From assembly GCF_006345805.1 (NCBI RefSeq), contig NC_043014.1:17670001-17734000 (forward strand): a DNA stretch of 64,000 nucleotides, given 5' to 3'. Shown one piece after another: positions 13,450 through 24,549 of the stretch (the stretch's first letter is position 1; the number at the start of each line of letters is the position of its first letter). The position numbers and the translations under genes were made by a program. The DNA is from Octopus sinensis. Lineage: Eukaryota. The notes under the pieces were generated by a model. The model searched no databases. It worked only from the letters and a program-made list of their open reading frames with translations, and had not been told where the DNA came from.

Positions 13450-14490
13450 CTAACAAGGGAAGAAGCAGAGCAAGGTTCACCCAATTTCATATAGTCGATT
13501 TTTACCCGTCTATATCAAAAGGGCTACTGACCAAGGCGCTTTCTTTCGTTAGGGGCTTCACTAGAATTAGCGACAAAGATGTAGAAATTATGTATGCCAG
13601 AAAGACAGTGCTGTTCAACAGGTTCGGTATGGGTCAAGCAATCCGACCCCGCAGGCTCCTTTGACGTAGTGATGGGAGCCTACGACAGCGCTGACGTACG
13701 CGACCCCATCGGGCTGTATATCCTAGATACCCTTAGGAAAAGTTCCCCTCTGTCCTCTTTGGCCTCTACAGAAATGACGCCCTAGCCATCTCTAGGAGAG
13801 CAAGCGGCCATCCACTAGACAGGCTTAGGAAAGACTTAATCAGCACGCTTGCCTCTATGGGATTGTAGATCACCATAAAGACCAACCTCACAACAGTGGA
13901 TTTCTTAGACGTCACTCTTGATTTGGGTTCCGGTACTTACAGGCCCTACCGCAAACCAAATGAGAGGCTAACGTATATCAACCCAGCCTCATGTCACCCA
14001 CAGAACGTGTTCAAGAGTGTTAGTAAGAGGTTTACGAGCCTTTCCTCCAACTAAGCGGCTTTTAGCCCAGCGTCCCCGTACTATAACGAGGCCCTAGCTG
14101 CTAGCAGGTTTAGGGATTTCGTCTTCTACATGCCGAAACCCAACAGCCACAGAAGGAAACGCCGCAGAAATACAATTTGGTTTGCTCCCCTTCTCCCTTA
14201 ACACAATAATGCCCGTAGGTAGACTTTTCCTTAAATTAATAGACAAGCATTTCGCTAGTCCCCATAGGCACGGGCCCATTTTCAACAGGCGCAACTTTAG
14301 GGTCTCGTTTAGTTGTGCCTCCAATATTAAAAGCATCCTGGTTAACGCTCCTAAGCTACAGGAAGAGATAGGTTGTTCATGTAGGAACTGCAACAGTTTC
14401 CCGGTAGGAGGCCGCTGTGAAACCAAAGTGGTCGTCTATCAAGTCGAAATAGTAGCGAACTCTGCCAATACCAACAACACTACCACCACC
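13450..14490 (+). mobile_element. Penelope-like element, RT/thumb and start of GIY-YIG (inverted relative to its 3' part)
   Basis: FTQFHIVDFYPSIS, FDVVMGAYDSAD, VDFLDVTLDL, YRPYRKPN, NTIWF..PFS, FNR..SFSC, CSCR..FPVGGRC..VVYQ. Stops and frameshifts present. Confidence 0.85.
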
Positions 14491-15127
14491 ATCGCCATAG
14501 TGGACAGCATAATCATTTCTTTATTCCTGAGAGAAGGAATGTATGCTTACCATGCTCGAAGATTTGTGAATAGTTGAACGACAGCAAAGCAACGTACTTG
14601 CGTGAAATTGTGTTTCAAACTGCGAAATGCTTTTACGGAAACCTTATCTAATACTGAAACAGGTTCGGTCTAGCACTGTATTCTGGGTAAGAAGGACTGA
14701 GATTGAATGTTAAGGAATGACCAAAAGAATGGTAACTAGAGGGGGCCAGTGGGGAGTGTCTAGGTGACAATGACATGAGGCCATCCAGCACCGATCCGCG
14801 ATCCTATACAGTTTTAGTAGATATGTTTTGATTGATAAAGTATGACGTTTTAGGGAGAACACTTTTTTTGCTTGTTTTCTTTAGAAGGTGATGTTGTGTC
14901 TTGTTTTGGTGAGATTTTTCTTGAGCCATATTTCTGGTGTATGTAAAAATGATGTCATTTTCTAGTCAGTGGTAATTTCTCTCCCCACTCCCTCTCTCTT
15001 TTGTTATCTCTCTTTGTTTCTTCGCTTTCTTTTCCTCTTTCGCGACTTTAGAATACTGATGACATGACACACTCACCACAAAACCCAGTAATTAAAATTG
15101 GAACAAGTAACATGTTTTGCTAATTTC

Positions 15128-15144
15128 CTCTTCTTCTTCTTCTT

Positions 15145-15175
<31 letters not shown>

Positions 15176-15196
15176 TTATTATTATTATTATTATTA

Positions 15197-15228
<32 letters not shown>

Positions 15229-15230
15229 TT

Positions 15231-15292
<62 letters not shown>

Positions 15293-15320
15293 CATTATTA
15301 TTATTGTTGTTGTTGTTGTC
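15128..15320. repeat. compound (TTC)n/(TTA)n/(TTG)n microsatellite
   Basis: Directly visible. Confidence 0.95.
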
Positions 15321-15471
15321 ATATTTCATATTTTTGCTTGGTTAAGGAAGCAAAACAATTATGAATTTTATTATCTATGTTTATGTTCGGAAAATAAAAT
15401 GTTCTTTAGATTATAAGATTATAAGAAAGGAAAATAGGTAGGCTATATCTCAAACCAAAGAACCATGCAAA

Positions 15472-15514
<43 letters not shown>

Positions 15515-15528
<14 letters not shown>

Positions 15529-15880
15529 AAACTGAGAATGTGTGTCTGTCTGTTTGTCTGTCTGTGTGTTTCTCTAAACTTGAGAACTACTCAACCAATT
15601 TCATTCAAATTTTACACATGCCTTACTTAGAGTCCGGGGAGTGTCATCGGCGAAAAAAAATGTTCAACTTCTTGCCTAGAGCGAGCCCATAGCAATATCA
15701 TATCTTCTCCACTATTTCAGTATTACATGTTAAAAGTGAAACAAAAACATTTCTCTATTTTATGTCAGATACTTTCACTTTAACAGTTATAATAACAATT
15801 GAATTATATGTAGTAAGTAATAATTAAAATCAAACTAAAGTATAATATAATCGTAACATAACAAAAGTAAAAATAGCAAT
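15515..15880 (+). mobile_element. possible 5' part of a non-autonomous Helitron-like repeat
   Basis: TATATATAAAA start followed by a (TCTG)n block, similar in organisation to the element at 1770. No 3' end assigned. Confidence 0.3.
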
Positions 15881-15904
15881 TGGTATGAAATTGCATCAAT
15901 GAAT

Positions 15905-16056
15905 TGAACTTGAATAAGTGGTTTCACATGAATGGGAATAAATCAAAAATAAAATTAGCGTGCAGAAATGGAATAGTCCAGATGGATAATAAAAATTTAA
16001 ATTAAAGAAAAGACTATTGTCTATAAAGTATACAATGTAGAGAAAAAAGGTCGCGT
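15905..16056 (+). pseudogene. 5' half of an interrupted Tx1-type ORF1 (host element)
   Basis: 16001-16056 translates as IKEKTIVYKVYNVEKKGRV, matching RRTIKYKVF (module 1) and NKTITYR (module 2). Upstream part is degenerate. Confidence 0.6.
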
Positions 16057-17729
16057 TTTTTTTTTGCGCTCTGTAAAATTCGGTTAAAAAAGAAAAAAGA
16101 ACAAAAAGTGAATTGTGGTTGCAGAATTGGAACGTCGTTTGGTGCGGTTTCGCGTCGCACTGGTTCTGTGCGTCACACGTTTTCTGTTAGGGAGGCCGTT
16201 TTCGGTCTGAGGCGACTATGAGCCGCCTCTACCAAACGGATGAGATGGAAGGGAGAAATTTCTCTGAAAATTCGTCGACATCTGAGGAGGAGTTGGCGGT
16301 GAAAAAAAATGGAAAGCACCTACGCAGGTATAACGAAGAAGTCAACAGAAAAAGAGATAGACCTGGCTAAGTTGACGGACTTCCAGGAGTTCATGAAGGA
16401 GGAGGAGAACGGAGAGGTTGAGCTGTTGCCTCTAGCAGGGCGCGGAGACTGGTTCCATCGTAGAACCATTAAATATAAAGTATTTATGAATGGAGGTAGA
16501 AAAATGGAAGTGTTTAACATGGAAGCAATTGAAGAGGCTTTCAAACAGACAGGAGAAGAAATTGTGTACATGACAAAAGGATTAGAATATGGAACCATAA
16601 CGGTACAATTTAAAAGTGAGAAAGCAGCCAGGAATATAGCAGCCAAGGTGGTGAGTACAGAAAAGTTTTACTTGTTCCTCTCGTATTTGAATATAAGGAC
16701 CACCAGAATTAGGGTGGAAGGAATACCTCCACACCTAGAGGGCGAATTAATAACGGCTGCGGTTATCAAAGGAAATGAAGATAAAGTGGACATCCTCCAC
16801 GCCATTATGAAATATGAAGGCGTGAGAGGTGCTACACTAGTAATGAACATACAGACGGAGGCGGAAGTTATAGAAAAGCTTACGGACAGTATAAAAACTG
16901 GAAATATTATTATGAGAGTGTGGGTGGAGGGTAGGGCGCCCAGGTGCTACAAGTGTGGCCTGAGGGGTCACATAAGAGCCTACTGCCCTCCCCCACCAAA
17001 GGAAAAAGAAAAGGAAATCGTCGCGGAAGCCCCAAAAGAGGAAGAAACCAAAGAGAACCAAACGGAAAAAGAAACGACAGAAGAAGAGGAGATGCAACAA
17101 GAGTGGGAAGAAGGAAGAAAAAAGAGAAAAAGAAAGAAAAAGAAAAACTGTGCGAAGCCCCAACCCACCCCAACACCACCCGCACCCTCTGAATCCCCCC
17201 CTCCCCCTGCAGACAGTGAACCCACCCGCTCCCCTCCAACAAGAAAACAAAAGAAAAATAATAATACATACAGACAAGTGTTTGAAAACGAACCCAGGCC
17301 GAACATTTATATTGTGACTGAACAGAAAGAGGTTGAAAGGGTAATGGAGGAGTATGAATGGTATGAAATGGATGGGACCAGATATGCAGTGCTGGAAAAG
17401 AAGAATATAGATGAGTTTGTGTTGAGGTGTGAAAGGGAGAATTGGGAGGTGAAAGATACAAGAATGAGCGATGAATTCGTGGAATATATGGAGGACAGTT
17501 TCGGAGTAAGAATGGATATGGATGGTCTTCGTATTGGGAATGAACATTCAGGTGACAGTGAAAACAAAAGGACAGATAAGTGATGCTGGCGGAGGGGGCC
17601 GTTAGCATCGCTTTCATATTATCATTTTTTCATTTTCATTTGCTCATAAATTTAATCATATTGTTCTATGTCCCCCATGTTTTGTTATGTCCGCCATTCT
17701 TCGTAGCCCCTGGTGGGTAATAAAGAAAT
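16057..17729 (+). mobile_element. Tx1/L1-clade ORF1-only non-autonomous retroelement (module 1)
   Basis: 5' UTR, a single ORF1, 3' UTR ending GCCCCTGGTGGGTAATAAAGAAAT. No ORF2. Confidence 0.75.
16309..17583 (+). CDS. gag-like ORF1 protein with CCHC zinc knuckle (module 1)
   Basis: 424-aa ORF with STYAGITKK, EGRAPRCYKCGLRGHIRAYC and a charged/Pro-rich linker. An upstream ATG at 16218 joins the frame if one A is removed from the A-run at ~16302-16309. Confidence 0.85.
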   Translation: MESTYAGITKKSTEKEIDLAKLTDFQEFMKEEENGEVELLPLAGRGDWFHRRTIKYKVFMNGGRKMEVFNMEAIEEAFKQTGEEIVYMTKGLEYGTITVQFKSEKAARNIAAKVVSTEKFYLFLSYLNIRTTRIRVEGIPPHLEGELITAAVIKGNEDKVDILHAIMKYEGVRGATLVMNIQTEAEVIEKLTDSIKTGNIIMRVWVEGRAPRCYKCGLRGHIRAYCPPPPKEKEKEIVAEAPKEEETKENQTEKETTEEEEMQQEWEEGRKKRKRKKKKNCAKPQPTPTPPAPSESPPPPADSEPTRSPPTRKQKKNNNTYRQVFENEPRPNIYIVTEQKEVERVMEEYEWYEMDGTRYAVLEKKNIDEFVLRCERENWEVKDTRMSDEFVEYMEDSFGVRMDMDGLRIGNEHSGDSENKRTDK

Positions 17730-17744
17730 AACATGGAGGAAATC

Positions 17745-19512
17745 TACCCACGTGTGTTGTTATCTGTGACTAGACAGTGAAATTTTGTTGTGTAAAGTGA
17801 TTAATATCGCGCGAGGCGTTTGCCTTCACGTGTGGAAACCTTCCGAAGAAGGTGAATTGACCCTCTAGTCATGGCGACTTACGCGGGGGTCACGGGAAAG
17901 AAAAATAATGATTCGTCGATAATCGTGAAGGATGTTTTCGTTGAGAAGAGTAAACTCAAAGAATATGAAAAGCTATTCAAAAGGGAGGGTGATAGCGTGA
18001 AGCTAATCCCCCCCGCGAAAGCAAAAGAGGACAAAGAAAACAAGACAATAACATATAGAACCCAAGACAAAAATACAAAGAAACTGGCAAGAGTGGAGAT
18101 AGCCGAAATCGAAAAATGTCTGGGAGACATAATGGGGAAATCGACCTACGTGAGTAGAGGCAAGAAATTTGGTACGGTGGAGGTGAGATGTGCAACGGAA
18201 GAAATTGCAGCCTCACTGGCTACCACTGTACTAAGAGCGGAAACATTTATAATGTGGCCCTCATACAAGGGAAGAAGAGGGGTCCGGGTTAAAATCCCGA
18301 ATATACCCCCAGAAGTGAAAACAGAATGGCTGGCAACAGCTATTCTAGGAGCAGCAGAAGAGGAAGTGGAGGTGGAATCCTTTAAGGAGTCCAACGCGAT
18401 AAACTGGAGAGGATATGGGGTAGAACTGTGTTTGATGGCCACAAAAGAGGACATTGAAAGGTTCCCCTACAGAATAGAAATTGAAGATGAGAAAACCCTC
18501 AGTGTAATTGTAGAGGGAAGAAAGCCAAACTGCTACTTGTGCGGGACAAGGGGGCACATTAAAAAAGAGTGCCCGTTATACGAATTCGTAGCGGAGTGCG
18601 AGCAGGAATTTGAAGAAAAGAAGAATACGGTAAATGAAAAAGAAAACATAGAAAAGGTAACAAAACAACAAGAGAAAAGAAATAATAAGTCAATGAAGGA
18701 AAAAGAAATAAAAGAAAAGAAAGAAATAGAACCAAAACAGAGTCAGGAAAAAAAAAAGGAAAAAGAAACAACAGGAAAAAAACAAGAGAGAGATCAGAAT
18801 CAAACGAAAAGAAAAGACGGCACACAAAAAGAAAAAGAAAAGGAACATAAAACACGAGAGAAAGAGAGAACAGACAAAGAACCAAAAAGACAAGAGAAGG
18901 AAGAAGAAAGAAAAGAAGGCAAAAAGAGAGAAAGAGAGAAACAAAGAGAGGAGAACAAGGAAGAAATAAGCCCGAAAAGAAAAACGAGGGAAAACGTAGG
19001 ACGGAAACAAGATTACTGCTTCTACAAGTTAGTAACCTTCCATTTCTGCCCTGAAATGAAAGAATTGACATGTAATATGGAGGGACATATATGGGTCAAC
19101 AGGATGACCGATCAGTGGCAGGAGACTGCTCTAATCCCCGAAGAAAGAGTCGCTGAGTTCCTCAGAGCTGCCGGAGAGAGTGTAACGTTTTACACGAGTG
19201 TTCGAGTGAGAGAGCGGCTGCCTGAGGGCTCAGTGATTGACTTTAGAGAATTGAAAACTATTATGAATACGTATAGAATTGTGAGAAGAGAGAGAAGAAA
19301 GAGAGAAAAAAAAATATTGTGAAATATATGTGACGAAAATGTACCTCTCGATTCCGGGGATCGAGTGGGCATTTACATCTCATTGTAAATATTCTTTCAT
19401 ATGTCATTTTTTACTTTTATTTTTTCCTTTTCTTGTCATTCGCTTTCTTATTTTAAGTTCCCCGATTGTATTGTCCCCTCTATGTTCGCCCCTTGTGGGT
19501 AATAATAAAATC
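17745..19512 (+). mobile_element. Tx1/L1-clade ORF1-only non-autonomous retroelement (module 2)
   Basis: 5' UTR, a single intact ORF1, 3' UTR ending GCCCCTTGTGGGTAATAATAAAAT. No ORF2. Confidence 0.75.
17871..19322 (+). CDS. gag-like ORF1 protein with CCHC zinc knuckle (module 2)
   Basis: Uninterrupted 483-aa ORF with MATYAGVTGKK, YVSRGKKFGTVEVR, EGRKPNCYLCGTRGHIKKEC and a long K/E-rich segment. Confidence 0.88.
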   Translation: MATYAGVTGKKNNDSSIIVKDVFVEKSKLKEYEKLFKREGDSVKLIPPAKAKEDKENKTITYRTQDKNTKKLARVEIAEIEKCLGDIMGKSTYVSRGKKFGTVEVRCATEEIAASLATTVLRAETFIMWPSYKGRRGVRVKIPNIPPEVKTEWLATAILGAAEEEVEVESFKESNAINWRGYGVELCLMATKEDIERFPYRIEIEDEKTLSVIVEGRKPNCYLCGTRGHIKKECPLYEFVAECEQEFEEKKNTVNEKENIEKVTKQQEKRNNKSMKEKEIKEKKEIEPKQSQEKKKEKETTGKKQERDQNQTKRKDGTQKEKEKEHKTREKERTDKEPKRQEKEEERKEGKKREREKQREENKEEISPKRKTRENVGRKQDYCFYKLVTFHFCPEMKELTCNMEGHIWVNRMTDQWQETALIPEERVAEFLRAAGESVTFYTSVRVRERLPEGSVIDFRELKTIMNTYRIVRRERRKREKKIL

Positions 19513-19742
19513 ACATGGAGGAAATCAATTTTTTGCGTTATTAGTAAGTTGATATATATTTTTGCTCTCGTACTATTATCTCTGTTATTATATACTGTTG
19601 GTCTACCTGTTTTTGTCTATTGTTATCTAACGGACGAAGTCAGCCTTCGCGCGAAGACTTCGCGTTGGTGTTCCCCCCTCAGTGGGGGAAAACTACAATT
19701 AATTTGGATTTACCAAAGGCTTGTTAAAGCCATTTGTTCAAG

Positions 19743-21146
19743 ATGGAGTCCCCCATCTCTTATTCACCCGTGACGAGCGAGGATGAATACCCGGCGTTGT
19801 CGCCAGGAAAAAAAGAGGCGTTGTCGCCAAGAAAAAAAGAGGCGTTGTCGCCAAGAAAAAAAGAGGCGTTGTCGCCGAAGAAAAAAGAGGCGGCGTCGCC
19901 CAAGAAAATGGAAAAACCAGTACCAGCATCAACTCCAGCAAAAAAATTCGCTGAAGTGGCTGGGAAAAAGATCAAAAAAATAAATATAGAAAATTTTAAA
20001 AAATTTGCAGACTGTGTAAAAAAAGAAGGCACAGAAGTGACTGTGGCCACAAACATACAAATACATGACGATATAGAAAAAAAAAATAATATATAAAACT
20101 TACGACACAACGAAAAAAATGATCCAAAAAATCGAAGAAAAAAAAATAGAGTTTTGTCTAAAACCTTTTATGGATAAAATAACGTATATAAACAGAGGAA
20201 AAAGATACGGCACAGTGGAGGTGCGTTTTACTACGGAGGAGATAGCGAAGAAACTATCGATGGAGCCAATCAAAGCGGAAAACATTTCTTACTACCATTG
20301 TACAAAGGAAAAAGGACGTCGAAAATTTCAATGAACAACATACCGCCAGAGGCAGATGCTGAATGTCTGGTGGCAGCAGTGATGGTAGGTCTGGAGGAAA
20401 AAATAAACATCCTCCAGGCCACAGTGGAGGAAGAGGAGTTTTGGAAAGGGCAAAAAATAGTGATAGCCATTCAGGCGGAGGTGCAAACACTGGAAGAAAT
20501 TCCAGAAACGGTAAAGATTAGTGAAGACGAGAAAATAACAGTTTTCGTGGAGGGCAGGAAGCCGAGGTGCTTCGGCTGCGGCAAGAAGGGTCATGTAAGG
20601 GCGGAATGCCAACCCCAACCCAAACCGCAGGAAGCACCTAAGCCAAAAGAAAAAGAAGATAATGTGTCACCAGAAGCAGCGTCGGACGGCCCAGAAGGGA
20701 AGACTGAAGGTGTGGAGGTGACGGTGTGACAGCAGAACCAGCGGCGGAGGAAAAAAAGAGCGAGGAAAAAAGATAAATGAGGAGGGGTGGGCAAAAATTA
20801 CCGGAAGGAAAAAAAAAAAACGGAAACCACCCCTCCCAGAGTAATTTTAAAAAAGAAAAAAGAGTCAATGAACTCGTATATGGCCGTAAAGGCAGCAAAT
20901 AGCAGACTCGGAAACGTGTTGGCAGCCATGGCCAAAGTGGAGAAAGTAGTGAAAAAAAACGACTTTGTAATTTACAGAATAGGCCGGAAGGATTACGGGC
21001 GGATAAAGTCAGAATTCTTCCATGACGTAGGCCCACTTAGATTGGATGTGACATCTCCACATATATTCGAGGGCCTACGTCAGACTCCCCCACGAGGCCC
21101 AGAAAAAGAGTTAGAAGAACAAGAGAAAACCGAACCACTGATATAA
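19743..21146 (+). pseudogene. ORF1 of module 3 (frameshifted)
   Basis: N-terminal (EALSPKK)-type repeats, KFAEVAGKK, YINRGKRYGTVEVRF, EGRKPRCFGCGKKGHVRAEC. Frameshifts at ~20090, ~20290 and ~20730. Confidence 0.8.
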
Positions 21147-21154
21147 GGTAAGTA

Positions 21155-24100
21155 ATGGATTACATTTATGTTGGTGTTTGAATGTGCGCGGCCTGGGAGC
21201 AGACTGGAAGCAAGGTCGCTTCCTGCATGATATCAGGTCCGCGTAATTTAGATGTTATTGTTGCTACAGAAACCCGGTTAGAGGGGCCAAGAGGTCTACT
21301 CCCGCTGTTTGACGGCTACGAGAGAGTTTTTTCTCTCCTGGCAGTCCTACAGGCGGGAGTGGGGTGTTGGTCCTATTAAAAAGAAACCGGGTTTCTGAGA
21401 AAAAGTTAATTTTTGCAGATCCAGAAGGTAGGCTGGTCGTCATGGATTTGACGTTCAGTAACGGTAAAGTTATCAGACTGGTTGCAATTTACGCACCCAA
21501 CCATACAGGGCAAAGTGATTATTTTCGTGAACTAGAAAACTTTCTTGGTACTTCGCATTCATTAGTGGTGCTAGGAGACTTTAACACAATTTGCAAAGCG
21601 GATGTAGATTATGTTGGCTCGTGTCCAGATAGAAAAGGCAACAGTGGCTTCATGGAACTGCTAAGCCGCTTTGAGCTAGCAGATCCTTATAGGCTGGAAT
21701 TTCCGAACGCTCCATTGTGGACATGGTCAAACAGCGACGGATCTTCCAGGTCATATTTAGATAGAATACTAATTAGAAAAGTAGACAGTAAAATAGCTAA
21801 GTGTCCACAGTTTTACCCGATCAGCTACAGTGATCATAAAATGGTCACTTGTAAGCTTGACATAGATAAGGTTAAAAATAGAGGATCCGGGTACTGGAAA
21901 CTTAATACGTCCCTTTTGGCGATTAAGGAGTACAAAGACGGATTAGGAATATAATTCAGAGGGCACTATCTGGTACCATCATTAATAACAAATGGTGGTA
22001 CGCCCTCAAACGAGCCATCAAGTTTGAGTCTATTAGATATAGCATAGGAGTAGTGGCTAGAGAGGCTAGAAGGGAAACTACTCTAGTTAAGGAATTAGAG
22101 GAAGCCATGAAAACTGGCTCTGCGGCTCAGGTGGCGTCCAAGAGACTGGTGTTAAACCAGCACCTCGAGGCCAAACACATGGGCTGCATTGTCAGGGCTA
22201 GAATCCGCCATATGGGATGTGAAGGAATCAACGCCGTGAGATGGGCCCGAGTGGTGGCAGCTCGGCATGGTAACGATGCCACGATTCGATCTTTGACGAA
22301 CCAACAAGGTGAGTTGATAAACGAACCCGAGGAGATGTGTGAGGCCTTTCAGGAGCACTTCGCTCAGCTTTTCGGTGAGTGCGGCGGACTGGATAGGAGG
22401 AGGGCCTTTACGGACCTACTCGACGGGCTGCCGCGCTTATCGGGGCGAGATGCGGAGGGCTGTGAAGGGCCAATCACGCCTGAGGAGGTGGTTGAGGCAA
22501 TGGCGGACTGCGGCGCGGGCAAGGCGCCGGGTTTGGATGGTCTACCCTATGAGTTATATAAGAGTATGCCAGACTTGTTCGGGCACCTACTGGCGGAGGT
22601 CTACGCGAACTGGCAGCAGAACGGGCTTATACCCAGATCTGTGCGCCGGGGAGTAGTGACTCTCGTCAGAAAGGACCCGAGCAAGGGGGAGTGCATTGAT
22701 AATTTCAGGCCATCACTCTACTAAACACAGAGTTGAAGATTTTGGCCAAAGTGTTATCGAAAAGATTGGCGCGTGTCGCGGATGGTCTGATCGGAGAGGC
22801 ACAGACATGTGCCGTTCCGGGCAGATCCATTCAGGATAATCTCCATCTAATGCGGTACACTATAGAGGGGTTTAATAGTGATTCTGGCAAGGGTGGGGCA
22901 CTGGTCCAATTAGACCAATCTAAAGCTTTTGATAGGGTCGACCATCGTTACCTGGTATCTGCCCTGGCACAGTTCGGGCTGAGCCTTGGCTTCCTCAGGT
23001 GGATTATCCAAATGTATGATAACATCGACTCGGTAGTTCGGGTGAACGGCTTCTTGTCGAAGCCGTTCAAAATCAAACGCTCGGTTCGTCAAGGGTGTCC
23101 GCTCTCCCCGCTTTTGTACGTGATGGCTCTCGAGCCATTACTGCGAAAACTGAGCGGCATCCCGAGACAGCCAGGTAATGGAAAATCAGTATCAGCGTAC
23201 GCGGATGACATCACCATCATCGTAACCGAAATGGACCACCTATGTAAAGTAGGCAAGGCCATAGAGGTTTACGAGACGGTGACAGGAGCAAAAGTTAATC
23301 GCGAAAAGTCAGTCGGCTTGCAACTCGGCACCTGGAGAGGCAAGTCGATGCCTCCTGACAGCGTCGTGGGACGTTGGACGGAGGGTCCGATTAAACTGCT
23401 AGGGGTCTGGTTCGGTCCAGACCTCCAAATAGAGAAGAATTGGGGCGAGGTAACGAGCAAGGTGGCTGCAGTAGCCAAGACCTGGTCTTGGCGGTGGCTA
23501 TCCCTGAAAGGGAGGGCGGAGGTGGCCAATGTGTTTATCGCATCGGTTATCACCTACCGCCTTTCCGTCGTTCCTTGCCCTGATTCGTGGTTGATCAAGT
23601 TGGAAAGACAGCTCTTCTACTTCTTGTGGAAGGGCGGGAAACCACTTGTGAAACGCTCTACTTGCTGTCAACAACCGTTAAAGGGTGGGCTAGGGATGCC
23701 TTGGCTGATGATGCGCAGACATGCGCTGAGGTTAAGACATCTGTGGCTCTACCTGGATGGTGAACGGGTGTGGTCTTCGCTAGCAAAACTGATGTTTCCC
23801 AAGTTCACTAGTTTCGGTGGATGGGAAACCTGGCTGAATCGTAGATCGAAACTTGGTACTTGGTACACGGAGTGTCGCAAGGCTCTCCTGCTATTCCGTC
23901 GCTCGGGCAACGCCTGCGGTGGGGGTTCCACCACATTCTTCTATAGAGGGTTGGTAGAGGCGGAATGTGAAGATACCTTGGGGGAAACCCTAGGTCTCGA
24001 CGATAATCAGCTGGCCAGTCTGTTCCGACGTACGTTCGAGCCGAGGACACTGGACAACTTCCAGAAGTCTCTGGCATGGCAATGCTACAGAGGAGCTCTA

Positions 24101-24549
24101 CCTGTTCGGGATAAACTCGCAAGGCACGGTGGCCAAGACAGTCCGATATGTCCAAGATGCGGGCGGGATAGGGAAACCGTCCCGCACGCTATTGTTCATT
24201 GTCCGGACGTGTCTGAGGTGTGGGTTTATGCCGAACACCTGTTGTCAGGTACACGAAGAGTACAGCTGTCGACTGAGTCGATTACAAAAATTGACCCACC
24301 GGATTTCCTCGTGAATGAAGGTAAGTTTCGTTTTCTCGTTGTAGTAGCAATTGCGAAAGAGGTGATATGGAAGACGAGAATGAAGGTTTACAGTCAGGCA
24401 AGTTCATCTCCGGCCCTGGTTTGATGAATTATTTCATCTTTCACCTGAAAAGGAAGATAGGGCTGGAAAGAATATGCCTGACTAGGAGAGTGTATGAAGA
24501 ACGATGGAAGGATGTAGCACGAAAGTTGCGAGTGAAAGATACAACATAA
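21155..24549 (+). pseudogene. ORF2 of module 3: APE endonuclease, reverse transcriptase, C-terminal CCHC (frameshifted)
   Basis: ETRL, IYAPN, LGDFN, TW, SYLDRIL, SDH; GKAPGLDG, QSKAFDRVDH, SVRQGCPLSPLLY, YADD; CPRC..ETVPHAIVHC. About five single frameshifts. Confidence 0.92.

Noticed and set aside
15056-15062. CTGATGA as a hammerhead core
   Set aside because: No stem II/GAAA/stem III arrangement follows.
17690-17745. Shared 3' motif as a twister ribozyme (ends ..GAGG-AAA)
   Set aside because: No UAA/P2 pairing or 9-10-nt L4 loop could be drawn, and the GAGGAAA part is explained as host ORF1 target sequence.
19793-19908. Short direct-repeat arrays (here and at 62.7-63.1 kb) as CRISPR
   Set aside because: No unique spacers, eukaryotic context, and the 21-bp repeat is coding.
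16320-20794. Minus-strand and alternative-frame ORFs over the ORF1 modules
   Set aside because: Shadows of purine-rich coding sequence (F/L/S-rich), no motifs.
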